From the NCBI GenBank assembly GCA_964016885.1, contig OZ024745.1:114576001-114640000 (forward strand): a stretch of 64,000 nucleotides of DNA, in the 5' to 3' direction. The DNA comes from Eledone cirrhosa (taxonomy: Eukaryota). The position numbers were made by a program, and so were the translations under genes. Positions 12,560-25,949 of this stretch are shown one piece after another. Every line of letters starts with the position of its first letter. Positions within the stretch are counted from its first letter, which is position 1. The notes beneath the pieces are model-generated. The model saw nothing but the letters and a program-made list of their open reading frames with translations. It was not told the origin of the DNA and did not search any database.

Positions 12560-12895
12560 GGAAGCCCAAGCACAGAAAATAGCTGCAATTAAGTCAAGTG
12601 CTATAACAAAAGATGGGTAAAGATCCTTAGATATGAAAAAATGTTGTCAGGGGTCCCTTACCTACACACACATATATATATATATAAGGATAACAAACTA
12701 TATTGCTGTAGTTAGTATTTTTTCACCCTAGCAAACTTAGTCCTTACGATTCGAACACATGTATGTTTATATTAGTGTTCATCTCTCTTGTTTATTCAAT
12801 TATATTGTACGGCTCAGAAAAGCTTTTTTCTTAGAGCTATTTAATTGTAAGGGACTACCCTGAGTTCTTAACTCAATATATATATATATGATATA

Positions 12896-13175
12896 GTGGA
12901 GGCACGTGGCCTGGTGGTAAGAGTGTTGGACTTACGATCATAATGTCGTGGGTTCGATTCCTGGGTTGCGTGTTGTGTTCTTGAGCAAAACACTTCATTT
13001 CACATTGCTCCAGTATACTCAGCTGAAAATGAGTACCAGCAATAGCTGGGGTTTCAACCCTGCGATGGACTGGCGTCCTGTCCAGAGGGGAGTCTTGTAC
13101 TCTCAGTCCCTTCACGCCATGAAACCAGGATAAGCACTGGCCAAATGAGCCTTCTGGCTTAAGACAGACTTTAGA
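12896..13175 (+). mobile_element. tRNA-derived SINE, family A, well preserved
   Basis: TGGCCTGGTGG A box, GGTTCGATTCC B box, body 'gtgttcttgagcaaaacacttcatttcacattgctccag', (AGACTTT) tail. Confidence 0.92.
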
Positions 13176-13637
13176 CTTTAGATATATGATATATATGATG
13201 CTGTGTGTGTACATATGTTTATGTATGTGTGTATGTGTGTGTACTTGCAAGCCCCCAACATTCTAAACATTTAATATAATTACATGTATACAAACATACA
13301 TGAATTGCCCATTTATTATTTTTGGAATACATTTTAATATCACTATTGTTTCTCTTTTATTTACATATCTTAACAGTAAGTTAGTTAACCCTCTTAGTGC
13401 TGCAGGTGACTGAAGGCACAGATAGAGTAATCTCCCCTTAATACATAATACAGTATCAAGGGAAGCAATTCATATAAAACTTCAGCCTCCAGAAGGTTAA
13501 GCTAATGATTTCCCCTCTATCACATTTATATTCATACACTCTCCTCATTTAATGTCTTGGCCATTATTTCCCTTCTAATTATAGGTTAAGGTTAGGGTTA
13601 GCTAATATACATGTATCATATAATTTGCCTTTCACAA

Positions 13638-15340
13638 CATCATCATCACCATTTAACATCCATTTTTCCACACTATCATGGGGTTAGACGAGTTGTCCCA
13701 TTGTGAAACAAGTCAGATCAGATGTCTTATGACATACAGAACTGATGCTGGCTTGAATTTTTTGTCATGACACCTACACAATCACCTTTGTTACCAAAAG
13801 AGATAATAACTCTGAACCTTTTTCAACTCATTCTTTCTCTAGTTACAATGCTCTCAAAATACTTGCTTCCACTGTTAATTAGGTCATCTAGGTAACAAAA
13901 GCTATGAACTATTAGGGAACCTTCCAAACATTTGTAACCTTACTGGCAATTGTTCCTGTGCATATGCCACATACAAAGTTTACTTTCCCTGTCAGCCTAC
14001 CCATGATTCCACTATACCTCTTGTGCAAATATAGCTTACACTGACTATACCATATGGAATTTCTACCTATTCTTCATTTGCATATTGAACATAGCCATTT
14101 CCCTGGTGGCAGTAAGGCTCTGTCTTTCTTCATACTCACTGAAACTTTAGTATTTGTGAAGTTTACTATTGATTCTAGCTTTTGCTTCTATGTCTGAAAC
14201 TTTTCTATATCTACTGCAGATCCAGCTATAAATACTGGTCATTAGCATATAGGAATTTTCTCAAACAGCCTGTTTTAAAACTCTCTGTTATTGCTTGAAG
14301 GATCATTATACTCAGAAGTGGGTTACTCAACACAAGTGGATCCCTATCTGCATGCTAAATTCATTGCTGTACACATTTTTAACTCTCACCTTGCTGGCTG
14401 CATCACTGTATATGGCTTGTGAAGCTCTCACAAGCCATTTATCTACTCTTATTTTCTTTAGTGACCATCAAGTTACAAAACATGGAACCCTGCCAAAACC
14501 TTCACAAGATTGACATATGCTAGTTACAGTAGCTTATTCCTAGCTTAATACTTCTGCAGTTGTCTCACTAGAAAGAGGGCATTGATCTATGCTTTGGCAT
14601 TCATGCATATTAACATCACACATCCAACAAAGCATGCTCATTTCGTTTCTATCCAGCCATCACAAATTATCTGCATTCACTGCCTATATTTCTCAACCAC
14701 ACAACATCATACTTCATGTGCAGGCATCATACAGCCAGCCTTTCAATCATAAAGATAAACCTTTTGTTGTCAACAGGGAGAGTAACTCATTGAACTTTTT
14801 CCATCCTGTTCTTATACTAGTTACTATGGTCTCAAAGCAACCTCCTCCAGTGCTAATTAGGTCACATAGGTAACAGAAGCTATCAACTACGTCTATGGAA
14901 TCTTCTCAAGATTGGAAAAAGCTCTTACTACCAACTATCTCAATACATTTGCCTGCTATCACACTATATCACTTGTGTACATCGTATAGAGTCCCAACCA
15001 ACTCCTTTTCTACATATCGAGCATGACTACTTTCCTGAAATATTTAGAGTCCTGACCTTCTTTCCTACTTACTAGAACTTTGGTTTTTGCCAAGTTTACT
15101 CTAATCCCTTTTGATTCTAAATTCTGTTTTTCATAACCAGAACTTCTCTGCACTTTTACAGATTCAGTTATAAGAACCGGGTCATCAAGATATAGAAGTT
15201 TCCATGGGCACCCAGTCTTAAACTTCTCAGTTATGACCTGGAGAACTATAGTAAACAGAAGTGGGCTGACAACTGAGCCCTGATGAACATCTACCTGCAT
15301 ACTGAATTCATCTCCAAACTCATTACCTATTCTCACTTTA
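13638..15340 (-). mobile_element. Mosaic of at least two decayed RTE LINE fragments (RT, PHD, C-terminus, 3' tail)
   Basis: VHQGSVVSPLLF..GCPWKLLYLDD..GIRVNLAKTK (15010-15336); a second RT segment at ~13850-14580; (CAT)n tail at 13638. Confidence 0.88.
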
Positions 15341-15384
15341 CTGAGAGCAACTCTTCTTTAATGACCACCAGATACTGTAGTTTG

Positions 15385-15800
15385 TCATATAGGAACTTCC
15401 AATTGTCCTCCATGACATATGTATCTAACTCCTGCACTGCTCATTGTATGCATCAGATATGGAACTTTTCTGAAACTATATTTAACAGGGAAGTCCTTTA
15501 ATTTCAATATTTTCCTTCTCCATATTTTCCCATGTTTCTGGTTCAATTTAGCGCCTATTCTGATGTCACTAATTTCTAATTTAGTTTTAATAGACCATTC
15601 TTCTCTAGGAAAAGATTTAGCATTTATAACCATTTATCTATCCCATTTTCTAATGAGCAAGAAGTCAAACTGGCTTGTGCCTTCACCAAATTGGTAAATG
15701 ATCAAGTGTCTGGCAGGTTAGTGTTGCAAATAGATCATTTGTATCACAGGATTCTAGGAGCCTTGATCCCTCTTCCTTTCTCAAGTTATATCCATCACCA
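15385..15800 (-). mobile_element. RTE LINE endonuclease-region fragment, inverted relative to the adjacent RT fragment
   Basis: EGSRLLESCDTNDL..; KIWRRKILKLKD, homologous to 3250-3560. Confidence 0.8.
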
Positions 15801-15804
15801 CCCA

Positions 15805-16698
15805 GAATGATGAAGGCTAGGAGAGAAGCTAGGTGACAAGTGTACTTTGCAAGAAGGGAAGCAGTAGATAAAAAATTTAAGCATGTTCTGTAATGCGAGG
15901 ACCAAAGGTGTGAGGTGTTCAGGATTGCGAGGCAATGTGTCAGGGAAAATTGTAATGTCATTGGGGAGAAGTGTGTCTGCGATGATAACGGAGTACTTGC
16001 TCTCACTGATGCTGAAAAGAAGTTAGCATGGAAGTGCCACCATGAAAGACTACTAAATGATGAGAACGAATTGGATGAAGATAGTTTGCCCCAAGTTGAT
16101 CCAACTGAGGGACAGGCTGTGCAAGTTAACAGTAGTATAGTAAGTAAGGCAATCAAATATATGAAGACAAGCAAGGCAGCAGAACCTTCGGGGATAGTTG
16201 CAGAGATGTTGAAAGCATCTGGGATGGTGGGACACACTATAATCACCTGTATTGTAAAGCAAGTAATACAAAATAGTGTCATACCCAATGACTGGTGTAG
16301 CAGCATCATTGTCAACTGCTACAAGGGCAAAGGAGATTCCCTAGACAGAGGACACTATAGAGGCATTAAGTTGATATACCAGGTCATGAAGGTCACAAAA
16401 AGAGTTATCGCACAGCTGATGAAGGACCGAGTTAACCATGATGAAATGTAGTTTGGATTTGTGCCAGGTAAAAATACCACAGATGCCCTCTTCCTCATGA
16501 AGCAACTGCAGAAGTACCTAGCTAAAAGTAAACTTCTTTACTTAGCTTTTGTTGACTTGGTGAAAGCCTTTGACAGAGTCCCCCATTCCAGTTCTGTATG
16601 AACAAGACACAATCACCTGACCCACCTTACATCAAATGGGACAACCTGTCTAACCCATGCAAGCGTGGAAAATGGACGTTAAAAGATGATGACGATAT
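15805..16698 (+). mobile_element. RTE LINE RT fragment joined to a 3' tail
   Basis: FRIARQCVREN..KAAEPSGIVAEMLK..IPNDW..HYRGIKL..LAFVDLVKAFDRVP, then an abrupt jump to the (GAT)n 3' UTR. Confidence 0.92.
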
Positions 16699-17400
16699 CA
16701 TCATCATCATGTTTTAACGTCCATCTTCCACGCTAGCATGGGTTAGACGGTTTTGTTCCATTTGATGCGGGAATGGTCGGGAGACCATGTCTCGCTCGCA
16801 CGGAAGCGTCCCTGGCAGGTTTTTTTTTTTACAGCTGGATGCCCTTCCTAACACCAACCACATTTACAGTGTGAACTGGGAGCCTTTTCACCATGTCTCC
16901 TACACGTCCACCTTACAGTGTGGACTGTTGTGTCATCGACACAGTGGACAGGACGGGTGAAAGAGGGTGGGTGGGGTGGGGTGGTGGGAGGGGGGTGTAC
17001 ATTGAGTTAAGAGGTGCCTACTGACTGTAGGTTTGTATGCAATGTCAGTCGGATCTTCTGTACAACTGCATCGTGCCAAAGGTCTCGATCCAGTATCATT
17101 GTCTTAGAGAGGTGCAGGTGGGCAAGGTCAGTTTTTATCACCTCGTCCCAGGTTTTTCTTGGTCTACCCACTCCGCAGCTTCCATCAATTTTCTTTGCCC
17201 TGCACTTTTTTATACGGCTGTTGTCCTTCATACGTATCACATGTCCATACCAATGCAATCTCCTCTCCAGAACACAACATTTGATACCTCTTATGCTTAG
17301 TTTTCCTTTTAATTCATTTATGCTTCACCTTTTGCGCACATTACTACTACACATCCATTTGATTCAAACTGACACCTCCAATTCACACTGATCTTCTTGT
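16697..17400 (-). mobile_element. Younger RTE LINE 3' end
   Basis: [33 protein letters not shown]; 3' UTR closely similar to 27441-28035. Confidence 0.92.
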
Positions 17401-17599
17401 CATTGAGTATTGGTAAACCTTTTGCTTTTAACATCCTGCTGTATAAACCTGTTGTCTAGATTCTTTCCTATCTACCAGATATTGCTCTTTGCACCCCCCT
17501 TTCTTCCACTCTTTCTAGCTCTGTCTTTTAGCTTTCATGGAACAATCTACAGTATTATTCTACCTTTCATTAGGCTGGTACTTTGCTTCAACCACAGAT

Positions 17600-19340
17600 C
17601 TTATCATTGGCTTGCAGCAGATTGTCTTGAAGAAGCTTCCAGTGAACAATACCAGTCAAGTAGAAGCGAGGCTAGACATTGGATCTATTTAGTAATAGAG
17701 GAAGCAGCAAGTAAGATGTTTACCAATATTATGCAGCATGAAAATCAGAGGTGTGAAGTGTTCCGGACGTGGCTCACTTACCCTTACTGATGCTGTAAAG
17801 AAGGAAGCATATGAGAAGTTGTTGAATAAAGAGTATACATTGGAGAGTGCGAGTCTACTTCAAGTAGATCCAACTGAGAGACCAGCCATCAACGTTGACA
17901 GCAATAATGTAGGCAGAGACTGTTGCTGAGATGTTTAACTATCTAGTTGAGCAGGACAGACTTGTCACTCATATTGTCACTCATATAGTACACCATGTTG
18001 CTACAAGGGTAAATGTGGCACACAAGAGAAAGGCAATTAAAGAGCCATTAAATTGTTAGATCAGATTATGAGGGATACAAAAATATTGATAGCGAAGTTG
18101 ATTAGGGATAGAATTAATTTGGATGGGATGCTATCTTCCTAGTAAAACAACTGCAGGAGAAATACTTAGTTAAGAATAAGTTCATATACTTAACATTTTT
18201 TTAAATGGGAAAGGTCTTTGACAGAATCCAATGATCTGTAATCTGGCAGGCACTCAAGAAACTAGGGATAGATGAATGGCTTGTGAGTACTGTACAGAGA
18301 TACAGTCAGTGAGGTGAGGGTTAACAAAGAGTACAGCAATAAATTTAGCATGAGGGTAAGGGTCCACCAAGGATCATTTCTCAGCCCCATGGAAACAAAA
18401 TCTCGAATCAAAAAGCCTCATATTAAACCTAGCAAAGACTAAAGTGTTAGTAAGTAGAAAAGAGGACAGGACCCTGATAATACTAGCTAAATGACCATGC
18501 TGAATATGTAGATGAAGTGTAAGAAAAATCTCTATACATTGCACCCAGTCTGGCCAGTGGATGTAGCAGGATCACAGGTAGGCTAATGGGGCAGGTAGGT
18601 TTCATATGTGACAGGTGCACGGGGGTAATCAACTCCATTAAATGCTCAGAAAACTCATTAGAAATAGTAGATAGCTTTTGCTATCTAGGGGACCATATTA
18701 GCTGTGAAGGTGGATGTACAGAAAGTGTTGTAGCCAGAATGAGAACAGGGTAGAAGTTCAGGGAGCTGTTACATTTGCTGGCAACAAAAGGCATTTTCCT
18801 CAGTATGAAGGCAGATATGGGTCTTGAATGTAGAAGATCTGTGGCAGCTAAAAAGAAATGAAGCATACATGCTATGTTGGATATGTATTGGTAGTTACAT
18901 GATTGACAGAGCACAAGTGAGCTGAGAGAAAAGCTAAAGAATTGAATGTAGCATGCAAGAGAGATGATTGTACTGGTATGGTCATGTGATACATAAAAAA
19001 GAAAAAGTTCAGAGCACTTGAAGTGTATAGAACTTGTAGATGGGGAAGACCGAGGAAGACATGGGATGAAGTTGTGAATAATGACTGCAAGAGACTGAGC
19101 CTCATAAAGGACCAAGCTGACTAGTGATATGCTATAATATAAAAGACTCATCCACCAGTAGAAGCACTCTGACTCAGAAAGTAAAAGTGGGTGTGGGGTA
19201 AGGGTGTGCTGAGAGAGGAACTCTGTATGGGAGGAATCTGATGTGGTGTGCAAGAGGGAAGACTGTAATTGATAGGGACATGTGATGCATATGGGGGATG
19301 ACAGCTGTATAGGAAGATGTGAGGTGGAACTAGATGGCAC
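17600..19340 (+). mobile_element. Heavily deleted RTE LINE
   Basis: Collinear with 3700-5135 plus the C-terminus (VHQGSFLSP, PHD remnant, [17 protein letters not shown]). Confidence 0.85.
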
Positions 19341-19833
19341 CATTATGAGGAGGGACAGATCAATTGGCCGCACTGAATCCTTCTCACAGCAGAACCATAG
19401 TTTGGGAGCCTGGAATTGGATGACACCACTATGATAAGGGGCAGGCCAGTTGACTGCACTGAACCCTTCCCACAGAATAACAATTGTCTGGGAGCTGTAA
19501 CCACGTTTACAGTGTGAAACTGGATGGCACTGTTATGAGGGGGAACAAGCCAGTTGGCCACACCAAACCCCTCTCACAGCGGAACCATAGTTTGGGAGCC
19601 TGGAACTGAATGGCACTGCTAGAAGGAAGGACAGGCCAAACCCTTCTCACAGTAGAACCATAGCTTGGGATCCACAACCACGTTTACGGTGTGGAACTGA
19701 ATGGCACCGTTATGAAGAGGGACAGGCCTGTTGGCTACGCCAAACTCTTCTCACAGTGAAACCATAGTTTGGCACTGCTTTGAGAAGGGATAAGCCTGTT
19801 GGCCATGCCGAACCCCTCTCATAGTGGAACCAT
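19322..19833 (+). repeat. Minisatellite, ~6 units of ~85-100 bp with alternating variants
   Basis: Recurring 'tggaactgaatggcac..ctcacag..gaaccatagtttggga'; units 2 and 4 carry an extra 'aaccacgtttac(a/g)gtg'. Confidence 0.88.
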
Positions 19834-20529
19834 ATATATATTATTTTATTATTTATTCTTTATCATTAATATTTCAATATAAAGGGCATCTCCAGGGTGA
19901 GGCCTGGACTGTCAGAATGTTCCCAACAGCTTGCTGCAGACAGCAGTGAAACCATTGGATCAATGTGTCTAACCAATGAGAAGTTATTAGTGAATGATTT
20001 AAACAATTAAATAGGGTGACCGTTAATAATATAGACAGACCCAAAGTAACTTGAAGCAAAAATAAGAATAAGAGACATGGAGATAAACTAAAGATAAATT
20101 AAAGTAAATTAAATTAAAGTATGGTCAGAAATGTAAATATAATAAATAAAAAAACATGATATAAAATATAAAAATATTTGAGATAGAAAATAAAAAATAG
20201 AATATACAAGATAAAACACACAGTGAATAACTTGTGATCAAACATGAAGTAAGTGAAAATATACATATAATAAATGCAATAAAATAGCCTGAGATATCAC
20301 ACAAGGATAACTAAACATAGATACAAATATATATAGAAACAAACAAAGAGAATGGAACGGAAAATTATTCAGATAGTGAGATGAAGATGGAGATATAAAT
20401 AGAGTTCATATAGAGTCTTCCACTGGTTTGCTAATTGGTGCGTAGCAGGGGAGAGGCTTTTTCCACATGGGTTAAATTTTGTAAAATGTTGTCCGTAGTA
20501 AGGGGATGATGTTACTTTCCGTGTTCCGT

Positions 20530-20925
20530 CATCATCATCATCATCATCATCATTTTACGTCCGCTTTTCCCTGCTTGCAAGGGTGGGATGGGAACTGATT
20601 CTGGCATGATTTCTACAGCTGGATGCCCTTCCTAACACCAACCTCATTTACAGTGAGTGCTGGGTGCTTTTTTTCCATGGCACCTACATGACCACTTTAC
20701 AGTATGGGCTGAGTGTTTTTTTGCCGTGGCACCTCCACAACCACTTTGCAGTGGAATTATAGGGACCCCAGTCCTATCATCTCATTTCTACAGCTGAGTA
20801 AACTGGAGCAATGTGAAATAAAGTGTCTTGCTCAAGGAAACAACACATCACCCGGTCTGAGAATTGAACTCACGACCTTTCGATTGCAAGGCCAATGATC
20901 TAACCACTAAGCCATGTGCCTCCAT
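20530..20925 (-). mobile_element. Composite SINE: tRNA-derived head with RTE-derived 3' tail
   Basis: Minus strand TGGAGGCACATGGCTTAGTGG..GAGTTCAATTC head; tail 'taggaagggcatccagctgtagaaa..gacgtaaaatgatgatg' shared with RTE LINE ends. Confidence 0.9.
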
Positions 20926-21114
20926 ATATATATATATATATAAAGTGGTTGACTGGAGAAGCTTGGAGAAATTTGAAATGTGTGCATCCAAATGCAAATT
21001 AGCATAACAATAGACGATATATAGTGGAAAAAGGCACTCGGTTTTCTCAACTATTATTTATAGTTGTCATCATGGTAATTTGTAACTGAAGTAGCATTTA
21101 TTATTACCCCTTAA

Positions 21115-21318
21115 ACCTTTAGCATTTACATTACTCTATATCTACTATTCTATTTTCATGGTAAAGGCTTTACCTTATATAATTATTTCACATAATATGA
21201 GATTTTGATATTATTTATTTTGAGAACAATACCTTAACATCCATATGAATGGCTAATTATGGCTGGTTTGAACAGAAAGACGTGAGAGAATTCTGGCTGG
21301 ATACAGCCAGTTTAAAAC
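21115..21318 (-). mobile_element. piggyBac-type MITE, one end truncated
   Basis: TTAA-ACCTTTAGCATTTAC; reverse-complement homolog of 21845-22058. Confidence 0.8.
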
Positions 21319-21615
21319 TTATATGATTGTGCAATTTTGAACAAGTAATATTCATTATACTGAAATGTGTTTCAATGTCAGCAATTGAATGTGGCAAAAT
21401 AAGTAGTTTTAATGCTAAATCAGAAATTTCTTTGAAGGGATTTTCTCTTGCAGAATATCTATATTAAGAAACTTCAATCCAAAATAAAATCAAATTTGAA
21501 TCTTCAACCCAAGGTGCATTCTGTAGCTGCTTCCATTGAAAGTCTATTTTAGTTATGGTCCCATCATATTCATAAAAATATTTTACATCTAAGATTGCAT
21601 GTTTAATAGGTTTAA

Positions 21616-21780
21616 CTCTTTAGCATTTACATAACTCTGTATATATTATTGTATTTTCACGGTAAAAGCTTTAGCTCACATAATTATCTCACATAACATT
21701 GAATCTATGAGATTTTGATGTTATTTATTTTGAGAACAATAATAATGTAGGTATGAGTGGCCAGTTTAAATGCTAAAGGG
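21616..21780 (-). mobile_element. piggyBac-type MITE, internally deleted, TTAA TSD
   Basis: TTAA|CTCTTTAGCATTTA...TAAATGCTAAAGGG|TTAA. Confidence 0.88.
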
Positions 21781-21844
21781 TTAAGACACTCAGATGTACC
21801 AAAAAACTAGTAATTAACTAGTATTAGCTGCCTAATTTGCTTAA

Positions 21845-22058
21845 CCCTTTAGCATTTAAACCTGCCATATCTGGCCAGAATTCCCTCACCTCTTTCAGCT
21901 GAAACCAGTGGTAACTGGCCGTTCATATTGATGTTAAGGTATTGTTCTCAAAATGAATAACATCAAAATCTGATAGATTCAATATTATGTGAGATAATTA
22001 TGTAAGATTTACCACAAAAATACAATAGTAAATATAGAGTAATGTAAATGCTAAAGGG
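21845..22058 (+). mobile_element. piggyBac-type MITE, full length (214 bp), TTAA TSD
   Basis: TTAA|CCCTTTAGCATTTA...TAAATGCTAAAGGG|TTAA, perfect 14-bp TIRs. Confidence 0.93.
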
Positions 22059-22404
22059 TTAATGATACATTCAATGCCTCTTTCACACATTTAATTTTAT
22101 GCTTGTTGAGGAAATTTAGATAGGGAAAGTTCATTCTTAAATTGAAAACCAAGATAGGTTTTGGAGAATACAAAATTGAGAAGTCCTTCATTTTAAATGT
22201 TTTCCTAGAATAAGAATAATTGAGCCAAGGGAATCTATAAGATATTGTAGATCACTTAATAACTTAGTCAGATCTTGTATTTGGATCTCAGAAATTTTGT
22301 TAACCATTTACAGTGAAGGAAGAATTTGGTTAAAACATATATGTAAATCTTCACACTTACAGATTTATGATTGAATCTTCTCAAAAGATTGTAGTCAGAT
22401 ATCA

Positions 22405-22480
22405 GGGACCATTTGGCATAATGGTTAAATGTGCTCACCTGAATGTGAGAGATACATGGTTCAACTCCTTACTGGCATCT
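22405..22480 (+). other. Degenerate tRNA-like (Pol III A/B box) head
   Basis: TGGCATAATGG and GGTTCAACTCC at tRNA-like spacing; cloverleaf stems imperfect. Confidence 0.45.
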
Positions 22481-22601
22481 CTGTTTACTTTTTTCCATTT
22501 CCAGTGGTACTTTACATGATTTATTCAACTATTATTTATAGCTGTTAACTATTATTATAGTTATCTGAATTGTGGTTACTATGGATATTTATATATGCTT
22601 G

Positions 22602-22635
<34 letters not shown>

Positions 22636-22670
22636 GCCTCTGATCAGAAAGTCAATCCCTGAGTTGAAAC

Positions 22671-23320
22671 TGATTGTAATTGATTAAGGCTACAACCTGG
22701 TAATTGGTGAATCGCATACTACATGTAAGTACAAATAAAATATGTTAAACTAAAACTTTGATCTCTCAATCTTAATATAATCACTCTGCATACACCAATA
22801 ACTAGCAGATGTCAGTGTAAATACGTACTTTTAACATTGAATATCTAATTTGCATCTAATTTGCATAAAATTATAGAGTGCTCAAACAGGTACCTCCTAT
22901 ATTAATTTATTATTACTCCTCAACTGCAGTATAAGCTCCTATGTAAAGTAAAGCACTGACAACAAAGTACCTTGGAGAGGTTTCAAAGCAAATCTTCATT
23001 ACAGGATATTTTGATCCCAACCAATGATACACAGCTGAGGTTGATCATCCAGAAAATGATATCTTTTCTAAGACAGATGGGGTGGCATGCATACCAGAAA
23101 AACAAGGCCCAGTCACCCAATGGTAAACATTCAGATTTCAGGAAAAAACTTTATTAAGAGATGAAAATATTCTGATTCTGATATCCACTGCATCTTTTGA
23201 GCAAATCAATTGCAGATTGTAATCAATTAAGACTTCAAGCTGGTCGTTTGTGAAACACATGTTACATGTGATTGAGAATAAAATGTTAAACTGAAACTTT
23301 GATCTCTCATTCTTAATATA
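22671..23320 (+). repeat. Pair of ~105-bp direct repeats (22671-22780 and 23214-23320), possibly decayed tandem pseudo-LTRs
   Basis: 'gattgtaat..attaag..tacatgt..aataaaat..tgttaaact.aaactttgatctctca.tcttaatata' occurs twice; CTGATCA..GAAAC just upstream of the first. Confidence 0.6.
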
Positions 23321-23329
23321 TATATATAT

Positions 23330-23722
23330 ATTAACCATCTTACCAACAACCACCCTGAGTACCATTTTGATTTCCATGTGTCTAACACACATGGGCATGC
23401 CCACAAAGTCAGAAAACAGCACAGTTCCCATGACTTTCGGAAACATTTTTTCACGTTCAGAGTTGCTGAATCATGGAACAAACTACCTGCATCAGTTGTT
23501 AGCTGTTGAAACACTGCATCCTTTAAAACCTCCATGCTTCCTGAGATTCGCCAACACTACACCTAATATTCCCCCTCCATATACACATGTATATCATGAC
23601 TCATACACTATTCATTTCCCTGACATTTGTATATTATTCTATGAACTATACATGTACCTTTGACGAGTTGTAGTGCACCTGATCACTTTACACAATAATT
23701 TCATTATTATTATTATTATTAT
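23330..23722 (+). mobile_element. CR1-group LINE 3' end with (TTA)n tail
   Basis: KVRKQHSSHDFRKHFFTFRVAESWNKLPASVV, typical CR1-group C-terminus. Confidence 0.88.
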
Positions 23723-23910
23723 ATATATATATATAAATACATAATTAGAGAAAGCTAATAGCGATACTCCGGCCCAATTCCAACTCACTCAACAAACATT
23801 AGGAAATACCTGAGTATATTCCCAATTAAACATTTGGGGTGCTAACTATATTGTATTGTGTGGATAATTGGCTGTATTATTTCATATGAGATATATCAAA
23901 TATATCATTT

Positions 23911-24033
23911 CCCAGACGACTCGTTTCATTATAAGATTTCTACAAGTTGGGTGAAAATTTACCAAGTTATGTAGAAGCTTGTATAAGATCAACAGATACT
24001 TATTCAAGTGGGCTCTTATAAATCTTCAGTGGG
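23911..24033 (-). ncRNA. Type I hammerhead ribozyme, long branched helix II, GUC site
   Basis: CCCA-CTGAAGA-T TTATAAGA...TCTTATAA T-GAA-ACGAGTCGT-C-TGGG. Confidence 0.85.
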
Positions 24034-24179
24034 TGCCCAATAATACTAATATTGATAACTAAATCAACATCAATATTTAGCGATAATAACCATCAGTGCT
24101 TGAGGGAACTGCTAGGTTGTTAGTCCAGCAGTTCTAAAGAAAATCTCACACTGTCCCAAAAATGGGAGGAAGGAGACTA

Positions 24180-25120
<941 letters not shown>

Positions 25121-25430
25121 ATGCGGAATACCTCTCATTTTTCAGCCTCTTTGCATTTTATGTACACTTGTCCAGTAGCTTCCCTCTTAGTACCTGGTAC
25201 TGGTCTCTGCTACTCCTATTTTTCCCTGCCTGTCTCTTAATGGATCTGTGTTGTTCCTCCACCAGGTCACCTTCTGTCTAGTTGGTGTTTTGCTCAAGAC
25301 AAAAGTCTCATCAGTAATCTATAGTAAGTTGTCACATAAGAACTTCCAATTGTCCTCTATGTCATATGTATCTAACTTGTCTCTCCTCTCATCATATGCA
25401 TGCCATAGAGCCAGTAGATGTATATATACA

Positions 25431-25478
<48 letters not shown>

Positions 25479-25562
25479 AACAATCGACTTTCACCAAGTC
25501 AGACCGAGGAAACAATGTTTCCGTTGGTCTTTCCAATTGCTAATACTATCTACCAGTCGCAA

Positions 25563-25599
<37 letters not shown>

Positions 25600-25630
25600 A
25601 TCCATAAATATATATATTTATGGATTGTAC

Positions 25631-25706
<76 letters not shown>

Positions 25707-25949
25707 GGATTGTATATGTACATGTGTATATATATATCTTTTCCTGAGTCCTGTATTTTCGTTGCTGTGGTAATGCGGCTGGACTGCCAATCGCTATATT
25801 TGATTTGCTAAACTGTCTAAATTTATTGATATTACCCTGGAGTACTATTCCCATTCGAGTGCTAAAGCTACATACCGAATTTGCATTCGTTAGCTTGGCC
25901 ACAAACTAAGGCTTCGTTAATGCTGTACTAAAATTTATATATATATATA

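Larger units (their letters stand above)
21320..22400 (-). pseudogene. hAT-superfamily transposase relic (C-terminal dimerisation domain), split by MITEs
   Basis: KIDFQWKQL..FWIEVS*YRYSARENPFKEISDLALKLLILPHSIADIETHFSIMNI (21320-21600; cf. P.SNA..ER.FS); DLTKLLSDLQYLIDSL (22230-22300). Confidence 0.85.

Noticed and set aside
12896-12970. tRNA gene (also at 2657, 28037, 34368, 44415)
   Set aside because: Anticodon-like loop varies between copies, acceptor stem is absent and each continues into SINE-type sequence
13585-13600. GGTTAAGGTTAGGGTTAG as telomeric repeat
   Set aside because: Fewer than three units; likely part of a small repeat element
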